64,000 nucleotides of DNA from an uncultured Chloroflexia bacterium. Lineage in GTDB: Bacteria > Chloroflexota > Limnocylindria > Limnocylindrales > CSP1-4. The number at the start of each line of letters is the position of its first letter. Positions within the stretch are counted from its first letter, which is position 1. The notes below the pieces were generated by a model. That model had not been told where the DNA came from, ran no database searches, and saw nothing but the letters and a program-made list of their open reading frames with translations. Made by a program: the position numbers and the translations under genes. The DNA lies in assembly GCA_963810725.1 (NCBI GenBank), contig CAWEOO010000003.1, forward strand, positions 135,314-199,313, in the 5' to 3' direction. Shown in pieces: positions 20,465 through 30,705 of the stretch.

Positions 20465-22396
20465 TTGTCGGTCGGCGTCACTGCCGAGGTCAAGAGCAAG
20501 CTGTCGGTCGTCGATGTCGTCGGCGAATCGGTCACGCTGAAGAAGGCTGGCACTACCTACAAGGGCCTCTGCCCGTTCCACGGTGAGAAGACACCGTCGT
20601 TCGTCGTCACCCCCGCACGCGAGTCGTGGCATTGCTTCGGCTGCGGCCTGGGCGGCGACATCTTCAGCTTCGTCATGCAGCGCGACAGCGCGACGTTCCC
20701 GGAGGCGCTCCGCACGCTGGCCGCCCGCGCCGGCGTCGAGATCGACGAGCGGACGAAGCGCGAGGACGCCCGCCGCGCCCGGTTGCGCCATGTCCTCGAG
20801 ACCGGCGTCGCCTTCTACCACGCCGTCCTGACCGGCTCGAAGGCCGGCGAGAGCGCGCTCGACTATCTCAAGGGCCGCGGCTTCACGGACGCGACGATCG
20901 AGACCCATCAGCTGGGCTGGGCGCCCAACGGCTGGGACCAGATGGCCCGCCAGCTCCAGGCCAAGCGCGACATCCGGCCGGAGGAGCTCGTCGAGGTCGG
21001 CCTCGCCAGCCCCAGCCAGCGCGGCCGCGGCGTGATCGACAAGTTCCGTGCCCGCGTCCTCTTTCCGATCCGGGACACGAGCGGGCACGCGGTCGGGCTC
21101 GGTGGCCGGCTGCTGGAAGGGGAGGGGCCCAAGTACCTCAACTCCCCGGCGACGCCGCTGTTCGACAAGAGCCGGACGCTGTACCTCATCGACAAGGCCA
21201 AGGGGCCGATCCGCAAGAGCGGCCAGGCCGTGATCGTGGAGGGCTACACGGACGCGCTGATGGCGCACCAGGCGGGCTTCGAGAACGTCGTCGCGAGCCT
21301 GGGGACCGCGCTCACCCCGAACCAGATCGGCCTGCTGACCCGCTACGCCAACCGGATCGCGCTCGCCTACGACGTCGATGCCGCCGGCGAGAAGGCGGGC
21401 ACGCTCGGCGTGACCGCGCTCGCCTCGCTCATCGGCCAGCTCCAGGGCGACGTGTCGGGCGTCAAGCTCGAGGACGTGCGCGTCGTGCGCCTGCCCGACG
21501 GCAAGGACCCCGACGAGGTCGTCCGCGAGGACCCGGCCGCGTGGGAGCAAGGAGTCGCCAAAGCCAAGCCGCTGGTCGAGTACCTCATCGGCCACCATGC
21601 CGGCCGCTTCGACCTCAAGACGAGCACCGGCCGGATCGGCTTCGTGGAGGCCGTGATGCCGGCCATCCGCGACATCGCCGATCCGCTCCGGCGCGACGAG
21701 GCGCTCCAGCAGGTCCGCCACGAGTCCGGCGTGGAGGAGCGCGTGCTGCGTCAGGTCCTGGACCGCCGCATCGCCGCGACCGTGGGCCAGGGTTCGCAGC
21801 GCGGTGGGGAAGCCGCGAGCCGCATCACCGCCGACGCCGTTCTGGCATCGCCGGACGCGCTGCCCATCGGCGACATCCTGCGCGCGGTGACCCCGGTCGA
21901 GGCGGAGTTGCTTCGGCTGCTGCTGCTCGTTCCGGACCAGCAGTTGCGCGTGACCGACGAGCTCGGCCCCGACCAGCTGCCGAGCACGCTCGCACGCGAG
22001 CTGTATCGAGCGATGGTCCTCCAACGCGCGCCCGACGATCAGGGCATCCGCCCGCCGTTCGATGGCGCCGCGCTGCTACTCGCCGTCGACGACGAAACGG
22101 CCTCGCTCGCCCGCGCGTTGTACGCGAAGACAGGCCCGGATGCGCGGACGCTCGAGCCGCGCAAGCTCGCCTACGAGATCACGCGCCTGTTGCTGGAGCT
22201 CGAGGATGACCAGTTGCGCGAGCGCAGTGACTACAACGAAGCCGCCCAGGCGGAGGCCGAGCGAGCCGGTGACACCGACTCGATGGAACGCCTGCTCCTG
22301 GAGCGTCGCCAGATCAACGAAGCCCGCCGGTCGCTCGACCGGCGCCGCGAAGACACCCGACTGCTTGCCCGGCCCAGCGTGGCCGTGCACGCCTGA
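20465..22396 (+). CDS. dnaG: DNA primase.
   Basis: It has a CHC2 zinc finger (CPFHGEKTPSF...WHCFGCG) and a TOPRIM (AVIVEGYTDALMAHQAG). The TTG/GTG start follows a GAAGGAG Shine-Dalgarno. Confidence 0.9.
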   Translation: MSVGVTAEVKSKLSVVDVVGESVTLKKAGTTYKGLCPFHGEKTPSFVVTPARESWHCFGCGLGGDIFSFVMQRDSATFPEALRTLAARAGVEIDERTKREDARRARLRHVLETGVAFYHAVLTGSKAGESALDYLKGRGFTDATIETHQLGWAPNGWDQMARQLQAKRDIRPEELVEVGLASPSQRGRGVIDKFRARVLFPIRDTSGHAVGLGGRLLEGEGPKYLNSPATPLFDKSRTLYLIDKAKGPIRKSGQAVIVEGYTDALMAHQAGFENVVASLGTALTPNQIGLLTRYANRIALAYDVDAAGEKAGTLGVTALASLIGQLQGDVSGVKLEDVRVVRLPDGKDPDEVVREDPAAWEQGVAKAKPLVEYLIGHHAGRFDLKTSTGRIGFVEAVMPAIRDIADPLRRDEALQQVRHESGVEERVLRQVLDRRIAATVGQGSQRGGEAASRITADAVLASPDALPIGDILRAVTPVEAELLRLLLLVPDQQLRVTDELGPDQLPSTLARELYRAMVLQRAPDDQGIRPPFDGAALLLAVDDETASLARALYAKTGPDARTLEPRKLAYEITRLLLELEDDQLRERSDYNEAAQAEAERAGDTDSMERLLLERRQINEARRSLDRRREDTRLLARPSVAVHA

Positions 22397-22420
22397 AATC
22401 CAGTCCCCAAGGAGGAACCC

Positions 22421-24157
22421 ATGCCCGCCGATCCGCTCGATAAGCAACTCGTAGAGGCCGTCCTGTCCCGACCGCGCCGCGCCAAGGCCGATCTCGAGGA
22501 GGCCAAGATGGCCGGCCTGCGCCCGGCGCGCGGTGGTGGCACGGCCGTCGCCGCCGCCGACGACGACGATGACGATGACGACGAGGATCTCGACCTCGGG
22601 CCGGAGGCCCCCGCCCCGGACGCCGACGCCGAGGTGAACGTCGAGGTCGTCGCCGAAGACGGCTCGCTCGACCCGGCCGCCAAGCTCCCGCTCGAAGGGC
22701 CGACCAAGCTCGACCCGAAGGAAGTCGAGGAGCCGACGGCCGAGGACCTCGAGGCCATCAGCGCCGACATGATCGGCATCGACGACCCGGTCCGGATGTA
22801 CCTCAAGGAGATCGGCAAGGTCGCCCTGCTGACCGCCGAGGAAGAGGTCGTCCTGGCCAAGGCCATCGAGCTCGGCGAGCAGCTCGTCGACGAGCCGTGG
22901 AAGGGCATCGCGTCGCTGCACGAGTGGACACTTCACGACACCGAGCGCAAGACGCGGACCCAGAAGCCCCAGCATCGCCTGCCGTACGGCGACGAGGCGC
23001 ACGCCCTCGTCCGGACCGCGATCTCGGCCAAGGCCGCCAAGGACCTCCTGGTGCCGTCGCCCGACTTCCACCTCATCAAGGCCGGCCGCGATGCCCAGTC
23101 GGACGGCACCAAGGAGCTGCTCAAGCAGGCCAAGAAGCTCGTCCACACGTACAACGAGCAGTCGACCCCGGACAACTTCATCACGCTGCTGGACTGGGGG
23201 TTCATGGCCGTCCACAACGGCGATCTCGACTCGCGCGACAACGTCGGCCTGCGGGCGATCTGGGACTGGACCCGCGAGGGCGTGGCCTTCCCGGCGCTCG
23301 AGCGCTACATCATGGCCGGCAACGAGGCCGAGCTCCTCAAGAAGATGGGCTATGACCCCGAGGTCCCGGCCAACACGAAGCTGCGCGACCGCAAGGGCGT
23401 CATCGTCGGCATCGGGCGCGACGCGCGCGAGCAGCTGACGTCGGCGAACCTGCGGCTGGTCGTGTCGATCGCGAAGAAGTACATCGGGCGCGGCATGTCG
23501 TTCCTGGACCTCATCCAGGAAGGCAACATCGGCCTGATCCGGGCGGTCGAGAAGTTCGACTACGAGAAGGGCTTCAAGTTCTCCACGTACGCCACGTGGT
23601 GGATCCGCCAGGCCATCACCCGGGCTATCGCCGACCAGGCGCGCACGATCCGCATCCCGGTCCACATGGTCGAGACGATCAACCGGCTCATTCGCGTCTC
23701 GCGTGGCCTGCTCCAGGAGCTGGGTCGCGAGCCGACGGTCGAGGAGATCGCCGAGGCGATGTCCAAGGGCCAGGAGGTCCAGGTCACGCCGGAGAAGGTC
23801 CGCGAGATCATCAAGGTCTCGCAGGAGCCGGTCTCCCTGGAGACGCCGATCGGTGAGGAGGAGGACTCGCACCTCGGCGACTTCATCGAGGACCGCGGGG
23901 CCTTGGCTCCGGCCGAGGCGGCCTCGCACCAGCTGCTCAAGGAGCAGGTCGAAGCGGTGCTCGACTCCCTCACCGGGCGCGAGCGGCGCGTGCTCCAGCT
24001 CCGGTTCGGGCTTGAAGACGGTCGGGCACGGACGCTCGAGGAAGTCGGCAAGGAGTTCAACGTCACCCGCGAGCGGATTCGCCAGATCGAGGCGAAGGCG
24101 CTGCGCAAGCTGCGCCACCCGTCCCGGTCGCGCAAGCTCAAGGACTACCTGGAGTAG
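22421..24157 (+). CDS. sigA: Principal (housekeeping) sigma-70 factor with a long acidic N-terminal extension.
   Basis: It has conserved regions 1.2 to 4.2 ([21 protein letters not shown] ... [24 protein letters not shown] ... [18 protein letters not shown]). An AAGGAGG Shine-Dalgarno is present. Confidence 0.92.
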   Translation: MPADPLDKQLVEAVLSRPRRAKADLEEAKMAGLRPARGGGTAVAAADDDDDDDDEDLDLGPEAPAPDADAEVNVEVVAEDGSLDPAAKLPLEGPTKLDPKEVEEPTAEDLEAISADMIGIDDPVRMYLKEIGKVALLTAEEEVVLAKAIELGEQLVDEPWKGIASLHEWTLHDTERKTRTQKPQHRLPYGDEAHALVRTAISAKAAKDLLVPSPDFHLIKAGRDAQSDGTKELLKQAKKLVHTYNEQSTPDNFITLLDWGFMAVHNGDLDSRDNVGLRAIWDWTREGVAFPALERYIMAGNEAELLKKMGYDPEVPANTKLRDRKGVIVGIGRDAREQLTSANLRLVVSIAKKYIGRGMSFLDLIQEGNIGLIRAVEKFDYEKGFKFSTYATWWIRQAITRAIADQARTIRIPVHMVETINRLIRVSRGLLQELGREPTVEEIAEAMSKGQEVQVTPEKVREIIKVSQEPVSLETPIGEEEDSHLGDFIEDRGALAPAEAASHQLLKEQVEAVLDSLTGRERRVLQLRFGLEDGRARTLEEVGKEFNVTRERIRQIEAKALRKLRHPSRSRKLKDYLE

Positions 24158-24173
24158 CGAGAACTGAGCACGC

Positions 24174-24190
24174 TGGCAGCGGTTCTGGCA
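24174..24190 (+). repeat. attL candidate (TGGCAGCGGTTCTGGCA), 17 bp downstream of the sigA stop.
   Basis: It is an exact 17-mer copy of the sequence at 31423-31439. Both copies are preceded by TGAGC. Confidence 0.55.
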
Positions 24191-24272
24191 TCATTCGACC
24201 GCGCGATGCGGGCGACCCCCGGCGGATAACCAGGGGCCGCCCCGATCGCAGCCTATCGAGGAGGCAGCGAAC

Positions 24273-25418
24273 GTGGCCGAGTCTAGCGAGACGCAGGGTC
24301 GCCGTCAGGAACGCGGCGACGGCACGATCTACACCACGGCGGACGGCCGGCTCCGGGCCGCCCTGACCGTCCCCCATCCCCTCACCGGCGAGCCCGTCCG
24401 GCGCTACCTGTCGGCGCGCTCGGACCGCGAGATCCGGCGCAAGCTGCGCGCCGCGAAGAGCGAGGCCGCCGCGATCGGGCGCACCCCGACGATCGCCCGC
24501 TGGTGCGAACGGTGGCTGGCGACGGTCACGCAGCGCGTCCGGCCGGCGACCCTGTCGAACTACCGGACGGCCGTCCGCCAGCACATCGTGCCGGCGCTCG
24601 GCCGCGTCGAGCTCGGCCGCCTGTTGCCGTCCGACGTCGAGGCGATGACCGGCGCGATGATCGACGCCGGCCGCCGGCCGTCGACGGCCGCGCTCACCCG
24701 CCGCATCCTGGTCATCGCCCTGTCCGACGCCGCCCGCGACGGCCTGGTGGCGCGCAACGTCGCCCGCCTGGCCCATCCCCCGCGGACGACGCCGCCCGTC
24801 CGGCGCGCCCTGACCGCGGCCGAGGTCCGGCGCTTCGTGGCCGCCATCGAGGGCGAGCCGCTGGGGCCCCTGGCGATGCTGGCGATCGCGACCGGCCTGC
24901 GCCGCGGCGAGCTGCTCGCCCTGCGCTGGTCCGACGTCGACGGCGCGATGCTGACGGTCGCCCGGGCGCTCGCCAGGAGCGCTCGAGGCGGCTACGTCGT
25001 GGCCGAGCCGAAGTCGCGCCGGGCCCACCGCACCATCGCCCTGCCCGCGCTCGCCCAGGACGCGCTGGCCCGCCAGCGGCTCGCCCAGGACGCCGAGCGC
25101 GCGGCCGCGGGCTCGGCCTGGCAGGATCGCGACGGCCTGATCTTCGCCGACCCGATCGGCCGCGCCTGGCATCCCGAGACGATCACCACCGCCTACCGGG
25201 CGCTCGTCGAGCGGAGCGGGATCGGCCACCTTCGGCTGCACGACCTGCGCCACACCGCGGCGACCCTGGCGCTGTCGGCCGGCGTGCCGGTCCGCGACGT
25301 GTCGGACGCGCTCGGCCACGCGGGCCCGTCGATCACCCTCGACATCTACGGCCAGACGGTGGCCGAGGGGCCGCGCCGCGTCGCAGACGCGATGGACCGG
25401 ACGCTCGGCGCCGAATAG
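24273..25418 (+). CDS. int: Tyrosine site-specific integrase of the phage integrase family.
   Basis: It has the catalytic region motifs R...HDLRHT...Y (LRLHDLRHTAATLALSAGV...ITLDIYGQ). The GTG start follows a GAGGAGG Shine-Dalgarno. Confidence 0.9.
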   Translation: MAESSETQGRRQERGDGTIYTTADGRLRAALTVPHPLTGEPVRRYLSARSDREIRRKLRAAKSEAAAIGRTPTIARWCERWLATVTQRVRPATLSNYRTAVRQHIVPALGRVELGRLLPSDVEAMTGAMIDAGRRPSTAALTRRILVIALSDAARDGLVARNVARLAHPPRTTPPVRRALTAAEVRRFVAAIEGEPLGPLAMLAIATGLRRGELLALRWSDVDGAMLTVARALARSARGGYVVAEPKSRRAHRTIALPALAQDALARQRLAQDAERAAAGSAWQDRDGLIFADPIGRAWHPETITTAYRALVERSGIGHLRLHDLRHTAATLALSAGVPVRDVSDALGHAGPSITLDIYGQTVAEGPRRVADAMDRTLGAE

Positions 25419-25686
25419 GCGCTTGACAACGGATAGAACGCTTGTACGCTTTTGCCGACGCGCTACGGCCTCGGGTATCCGAGTCCCCAGCGGACGGGTA
25501 ACACCCGGCCAGGCCGGCGAGCGCGGCGACCACCGCCGGGGTCAACAGACCCGGCAGCAAAGCGGGATCGTCCGCCGGTAGACCGGCGATCGGGGCGCCC
25601 TCCAGGGGCGCGGCGGATCCAGCAGGCCCGGTCAGCGACTGGTCGCTGCGTGCTCGCACGCGGGCGGACCGTGGAGTCGCTCGTCT

Positions 25687-25875
25687 ATGCCGCACATCCT
25701 CGACCCTGACCGGGCGCGATTGCTGGCGTATCGCTCCGCCGCGGTGCGACGCGCCAAGGCGCGCCGACGACGCGCCGACCATCTCGACCGGCGAGCGACG
25801 CTGCTGTCGCGACAGGCCGCCGATCTGCGCGCCGCGGCGGATCGTGACGTGCGCGACGCGCCGGCGCTGCCGTGA
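25687..25875 (+). CDS. Small basic hypothetical protein of 62 aa.
   Basis: It is a short ORF whose stop overlaps the next gene's start as GTGA. Support is weak. Confidence 0.3.
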   Translation: MPHILDPDRARLLAYRSAAVRRAKARRRRADHLDRRATLLSRQAADLRAAADRDVRDAPALP

Positions 25876-26126
25876 GCGATCGCCTGGCGGCCGCCCTCGC
25901 CGAGCTCGTCGAGGCGATCCGCGAAGAGGCCCGGGCCGACGTCGTCGACGCGAACGCGCCCGACCGCCTGCTGTCGGTCGCGGAGGCACGGGCGACGTTG
26001 AACATCGGCCACGCCCTGATCTACGACCTGATCGGCTCGGGGCGGCTCCGATCGATCCGCGTCGGGCGCCGGCGGCTGATCCCCGCGACGGCCCTGGCCG
26101 ACTACATCGCGGGCCTGGCGGCGTGA
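25872..26126 (+). CDS. xis: Excisionase/AlpA-like helix-turn-helix DNA-binding protein.
   Basis: The protein reads LLSVAEARATLNIGHALIYDLIGSGRLRSIRVGRRRLIPATAL, an excisionase-family HTH. Confidence 0.7.
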   Translation: MSDRLAAALAELVEAIREEARADVVDANAPDRLLSVAEARATLNIGHALIYDLIGSGRLRSIRVGRRRLIPATALADYIAGLAA

Positions 26127-26815
26127 GCGGGATGCGGATCCGCCAGGTCAAGCCGGGCTTCTTCAAGGACGCCAGGATGGCCGAGCTCAGCCCGGAGGAA
26201 CGGCTCTTCTACATCGGGCTCTGGATGCTCGCCGACGACGCCGGCTACCTTCGCTGGGACCCGGCCGAGGCGGCGCTCGAGCTCTACGGCTACGACCCGC
26301 GCGACCAGCGCGAGCGTGCTGTCACCGATCACCTGGCCGTCCTGATCGCGGCCGGGCGCGTGACCAACCTCGAGTGTGGCCACCTCTTCGTGCCGACGTT
26401 CACCACACACCAGCGCCTGGCCGGCCCGACGAGCCGCGTCCTGACCTACGAGCGCGAGCATCTGAAGTGCTACGCCCCGCGCATTCCCGCGGGGGTCCGC
26501 GATGACCCGACAAGCCCCGACCCGGTCAGGTCAGGAACGGGCAACGGTGCGGGGACGGGACGGTTCGTTTCGGAACCGGTCAGCGCGCCTGCGCCCGCGC
26601 CAGGCGACGCGGACGCGCGATCGCTGAAGGAGAAGGTCGGCTGGCAACCCGGCACGTCGGTCGTCGCCGAGCTCGGGCCGATCTGCAACAGGACGCCGAG
26701 CTGCGGAAAGCCGATGACCGGCCACCGTCCCGGGACCGATCGGTGGGTCTGCACCAACGCGCCGGCGCACGCGCCGGCCACTCGAGCCGGACAGATGGTC
26801 GCGGCCGGGAGCTAG
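26123..26815 (+). CDS. Element-encoded hypothetical protein of about 230 aa.
   Basis: It has an N-terminal conserved-looking block (RIRQVKPGFFKD..LSPEERLFYIGLWMLADDAGYLRWDPAEAALELYGYDPRD) followed by a Pro/Gly-rich tail. GC3 bias is strong. Confidence 0.5.
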   Translation: MSGMRIRQVKPGFFKDARMAELSPEERLFYIGLWMLADDAGYLRWDPAEAALELYGYDPRDQRERAVTDHLAVLIAAGRVTNLECGHLFVPTFTTHQRLAGPTSRVLTYEREHLKCYAPRIPAGVRDDPTSPDPVRSGTGNGAGTGRFVSEPVSAPAPAPGDADARSLKEKVGWQPGTSVVAELGPICNRTPSCGKPMTGHRPGTDRWVCTNAPAHAPATRAGQMVAAGS

Positions 26816-26826
26816 GGAGGGTACCA

Positions 26827-27426
26827 ATGAGGTTCTTTCGCACCGATGAGCCGCCCGTCGATCCGTCGCCGGCGGCCGCATCCGACGACCCCGACGACCC
26901 GCCCAGCGAGCCGGCGGATCCTGTCGCCCCGGTCCCCTCGGCGATCACGACCGAGGGCCGGCTCCTCGAGAAGGGATGGCAGCCGCCAACCGACACGATG
27001 CTCTCGAACGTGCTCCGGCGCGAGGCCCTGCGGACGGCCGTCGAGCGGCTCAAGCCTGGTCGACGCCAGGGCCTCAACCAGGTGGCCGCGGCGATCGCGA
27101 CGGGCGACTCCGGCGCGATCGAGGCCGCGATCACCAACCACGTCATCGGCACCTGGCTCGACCTGAATTGTCAGCGCGACACCGGCGACCTGATCGTGTG
27201 GCTCGCGCAACTCGAGAACGCCCTCCGGCGCGAGGTCAACCAGCTCGCCGAGGCGACGCTCGCCAGCCTCGACGCCCTGGCTGCCGACCCCGATGCGCGC
27301 TACCTGCGCGAGCTCGCCCAAGGGTCGCTCGACCGTCAGACGCGATCGATCGGCCCGGGCGGCCGGGCGATGCCGCCCCTCGATCCGCCGCCGGCGGGGT
27401 TCATGCAGCTCATGGTCCCGCGCTGA
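26827..27426 (+). CDS. Element-encoded hypothetical protein of about 199 aa.
   Basis: Its ATG follows a GGGAGG Shine-Dalgarno. The N-terminus is acidic and Pro-rich. GC3 bias is present. Confidence 0.5.
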   Translation: MRFFRTDEPPVDPSPAAASDDPDDPPSEPADPVAPVPSAITTEGRLLEKGWQPPTDTMLSNVLRREALRTAVERLKPGRRQGLNQVAAAIATGDSGAIEAAITNHVIGTWLDLNCQRDTGDLIVWLAQLENALRREVNQLAEATLASLDALAADPDARYLRELAQGSLDRQTRSIGPGGRAMPPLDPPPAGFMQLMVPR

Positions 27427-27914
27427 TGGCACACCCCGTGGCGATCGCCGAGTGGCCTCGGTCTGAGTCGGCCGCTGTACCCTCCGCAGCGGCCGGCTCG
27501 ATCGCCGCGGTCGGGATCCTGGCGGTCACGCAGCCGACCGTCGACGGCCGACCGGCCTGGCCGATCGAGTGGATCCACGACGTCATCCGGCGCTTCGTCC
27601 CGGGGCTCATCCCGATCGTGGCCGGTCACAACGAGCCGGACGTGCCCGCGACCGTCGTCGGGCATCTGTCGTCGCTCGAGGCAGTGCCCGAGGGCCTGCG
27701 CTTCGGTGCCCTCGTCACGATGGCCGCGGCGGAGCGCCTGCAGGCGCGCGGCGGCTACGCGGCCGTCTCCAGCGAGCGTCGCGTCGCGATCGCGGGCCCG
27801 CACACCGTCACCCTGGACCTGGCCGTGGCGCCCTCGAGCCCGCTCGTCGCGATCGCGATCCTCGACGACGACGAGCGGCCGGCCAACCCGTCGTCCTGGA
27901 TCCGCGTCCGATGA
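27426..27914 (+). CDS. Element-encoded hypothetical protein of 162 aa.
   Basis: It is an ORF with GC3 bias. Its stop overlaps the prohead protease start. Confidence 0.45.
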   Translation: MAHPVAIAEWPRSESAAVPSAAAGSIAAVGILAVTQPTVDGRPAWPIEWIHDVIRRFVPGLIPIVAGHNEPDVPATVVGHLSSLEAVPEGLRFGALVTMAAAERLQARGGYAAVSSERRVAIAGPHTVTLDLAVAPSSPLVAIAILDDDERPANPSSWIRVR

Positions 27915-28459
27915 CCGAGGGGCTGATCGAGGGCGTCGTCCTCACGTTCGGGACCGTCGCCACCGTGCGTGACAGCCCGGACGGCCCGACCTACCGCGAG
28001 CTCATCCACCCGACCGCGCTGCGCGGCTTCGATCCGACCCGGGTGCTCCTCACGTTCGGGAACGGCACCCGGGCCAGGGCGGTCGGCCGGGGCGTGGCGG
28101 CCGAGCTCTCCGACCGGGAGCTCGCGATGACGTTCCGGGTCGCCTCGACGCTGGCCGGCGAGGAGGCGATGGTGCTCGCCCGCGACGGGATCCTGGGCGA
28201 CTTCGGCGTCGGTTTCCAGCCGATCGCGGAGCGCACGCGCAGCGACCGGGTCATCGAGCGCCTGGCGATCGACATCGACCGGGTCGCCCTGGTCGAGCGC
28301 GGCGCCTTTGCCGGCACGGGCGTTCGAGTCGCCCGGGCCGCGGCCCAGGACGAGGTCGATCGGCTCGAGCGGGCGGTCGCGATCGATCACGCCCGGGCGA
28401 TCCACGACGCCGAGGTCTTTCGTCGGCGTCTCAGCCAATTCCTGCACGCACAGCCGTGA
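27911..28459 (+). CDS. HK97-family phage prohead (capsid maturation) protease.
   Basis: The protein reads MTEGLIEGVVLTFGTVATVRD...ELIHPTALRGF...LLTFGNGTRARAVG..AAELSDRELAMTFRV, which matches the HK97 prohead protease pattern. Confidence 0.8.
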   Translation: MTEGLIEGVVLTFGTVATVRDSPDGPTYRELIHPTALRGFDPTRVLLTFGNGTRARAVGRGVAAELSDRELAMTFRVASTLAGEEAMVLARDGILGDFGVGFQPIAERTRSDRVIERLAIDIDRVALVERGAFAGTGVRVARAAAQDEVDRLERAVAIDHARAIHDAEVFRRRLSQFLHAQP

Positions 28460-28486
28460 CCAGGACCACGCGACCAGGAGGATCCG

Positions 28487-28726
28487 ATGTCTGATGACGC
28501 GATCAAGGAAGCCGCCGACAACGCCCGCGAGCTGACCGAGCTGCGGCGACAGCCGACCGTGGGCCTCAACCGGCCACCGGAGGACGTGCTCGGGCGCCCG
28601 CTCCCGGACGATCCGGCCGCGGCGCGCGAGCAGCGCCTCGACGCGGTCGCGCTCCGCGACCAGCGCATCGCGGTCGACGTCGCGCGCACCCAGCGCGGCC
28701 TGCCGACGAAGTACGCGACGAAGTGA
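28487..28726 (+). CDS. Small element-encoded protein of 79 aa.
   Basis: It is an ORF with GC3 bias lying between the protease and the capsid-like gene. Confidence 0.4.
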   Translation: MSDDAIKEAADNARELTELRRQPTVGLNRPPEDVLGRPLPDDPAAAREQRLDAVALRDQRIAVDVARTQRGLPTKYATK

Positions 28727-28883
28727 CGGAGGGGGCCGTTTTTTCTGACCCCTCCTGGCGTAGCCGCCAGCGGCTGCGCGCATCGAACGGTGCCCGATTT
28801 GGTCTATTTGCGTCGAGACGCAACTAGTCTGTGCGGGTCTGCACGGACCCAACCCCGACAAGTGAAGAGAGGAGCAACCAACC

Positions 28884-29482
28884 ATGGGTGAGTCACTGGT
28901 CCAGGTCACCGAGGGCAGCGGCAAGAAGCTGCACACCTACAGCCGGGCCATCGGCGCGAACACCGTCGAGGACGAGATCGTCATCCCGGGCGAGCCGTAC
29001 CTGGCGTCCTACGTCATCGCCTTCGCCGGCGTGGGCACCGCCACCCTCGACTCGCACATCGTCCAGATCATGGCCGGCGCGTCGCTCAACGTTCGCATCC
29101 GGCGGATCCGCATCCAGCAGCTGGCCCTTGCCAGCGCGGTCATGAGCCAGCCGTTCCTCATCCATCGTCTGACCACGGCGGGCACCGGCGGCGCGTCGCT
29201 CACGCCGCGACCCTACGACCCGAGCGATGCGGCGGCAGGCGCCACGGCCCAGACGCTGCCGAGCGCCAAGGGCACTGAAGGCGTGTTCCTGCATCGCTTC
29301 ACCATGGGTCTCGTGGCCGCTCACCCCGCGACCGCCTTCTACGAATGGACGCAGCTCGCCGAACGCGAAGCCTCTCGTGATCCCGGCCGGCGTCACCAAC
29401 GGGATCTGCATCAAGAACGGGCTGGCCACGACCGGCGCTTCACTGTACCGGCGTCATCGAGTTCGACGAGACGAGCTTCTGA
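28884..29482 (+). CDS. Small capsid-like structural protein of about 200 aa, possibly a major capsid protein, with two frameshifts near 29380 and 29450.
   Basis: It sits just downstream of the prohead protease, the gene order seen in HK97-like phages. Protein-like sequence continues in shifted frames (AKPLVIPAGVTNGICIKNGLATTGASLY, then GVIEFDETSF*). Confidence 0.4.
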
Positions 29483-29610
29483 CCCGAACAGCCGTTCGCA
29501 TTTCGGAGCGACAGGTGCCAATATCCGTCGTCGGTGGTGATGGTCGACGATCCCTCGAGCCGGTGCCGACGATCAGGTGGGGACCTGGCCGTCCGCCCGG
29601 CTCGGGGTGG

Positions 29611-29997
29611 ATGCCGCGATGCATGACGCCCGACGAGCTCGCCGCCTGGCGCCAGGCAGCGGCCGCGCCGGCTCTCCGAGCCCTCGGGGCACCCGGACGC
29701 CCGTGCATCGACTGCCCGGCCGGCTGGGCCCGCCTGCAGGCCCGCCAGGGCCTGTGCAACGGCGTCCCGGGTCTCGTGCCCGCCGCGCTGCATCCGTCGC
29801 GCCCACCGGCGACCGCGACGCGTCGCGTAGGTCCGCCACGACGCGTCGCGCGGCGATCGACGAGTCGTCAGTGCGCCTGGTGCGGCGTCGCGATCGCCGC
29901 CGGCGAGCGGCAAGGTTCGCGCGTCTGCTCGGCCCGCTGCTACATGGCCGATTGGCGCCGGTCGCGGCGGCTCAGGATGCCCGTCCAAGCCCCGTAG
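29611..29997 (+). CDS. Cys-rich small protein that may bind zinc (CIDCPAGW...CAWCGVAIAAG...CSARCYMADW).
   Basis: It is an ORF with GC3 bias and paired Cys motifs. Confidence 0.45.
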   Translation: MPRCMTPDELAAWRQAAAAPALRALGAPGRPCIDCPAGWARLQARQGLCNGVPGLVPAALHPSRPPATATRRVGPPRRVARRSTSRQCAWCGVAIAAGERQGSRVCSARCYMADWRRSRRLRMPVQAP

Positions 29998-30221
29998 GCC
30001 GCCCAAACGGTCGCCAAGGGCCGATCACCCAGCGCGGTGCCCGTCGCAGCTCCTCGGATGGTTGCAACCCGGCGTCGGGCGACCCAGGACCCGGCGCTAT
30101 GGCCGACATTCGGGCAGGTTGATGGAGTACTTCCCCTTGCGCTTCAGGGTGCCCCCTGGCGCACGCTCCTGGTCACCCGGTCGCGAGCCCCGCGGCCCCA
30201 CGAGAACGAGGTACCTGACCG

Positions 30222-30701
30222 ATGCTGACAGCTGACGGGATCCGGCGAGATCTCTCCGAGGCGTTCCATGGCAACCACGGCGCCGGCTGCGAGTGCTGCG
30301 CGCCGTTCGCGGGCGGACGATCCGCGCTGGAGCTCGAGCTGCTGAAAGAGGCTCGCTACGCGGTCATGCGGTACGAGCGTGAGACGGCCGGCGACGGCCC
30401 GACCGAGCCCGAGCTCGACGCCCTGGCCGAGGCCGCGGCGATCGACGCCCTGATGGCCGCTCGCTACGCGATCACCGAGCGCGCGGTGCGCGGCCTCGCG
30501 CCGGGCGCGCGACGGGAGCCGATCGTCGCCCCCTTCGATCCGGCCACGGAGCGGGTCGCCTGCCAGGCCGAGACGTTCGACGGATCCCATCGCCGCCAGT
30601 GCACGCGCCCGGCGTCGTTTACCCGCGACGGCCTGCTCGTCTGCAAGCAGCACGTCCGCCTCGAGCGGCTCCGCCTGGCGACGCCCGCCGGCTACGATTG
30701 A
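30222..30701 (+). CDS. Cys-containing hypothetical protein of 159 aa.
   Basis: It is an ORF with GC3 bias and contains CECC...C...C motifs. Confidence 0.5.
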   Translation: MLTADGIRRDLSEAFHGNHGAGCECCAPFAGGRSALELELLKEARYAVMRYERETAGDGPTEPELDALAEAAAIDALMAARYAITERAVRGLAPGARREPIVAPFDPATERVACQAETFDGSHRRQCTRPASFTRDGLLVCKQHVRLERLRLATPAGYD

Positions 30702-30705
30702 GTCC

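Noticed and set aside
20138-22024. 628-aa minus-strand ORF
   Set aside because: It lies entirely antisense to the well-supported dnaG gene. Its composition is Arg/Ala/Asp-rich, as expected for an antisense high-GC frame, and it has no motifs.
24158-24272. sigA 3' flank as a tRNA or tmRNA-like att target
   Set aside because: There is no cloverleaf or tmRNA-like structure. The direct repeat alone defines the junction.
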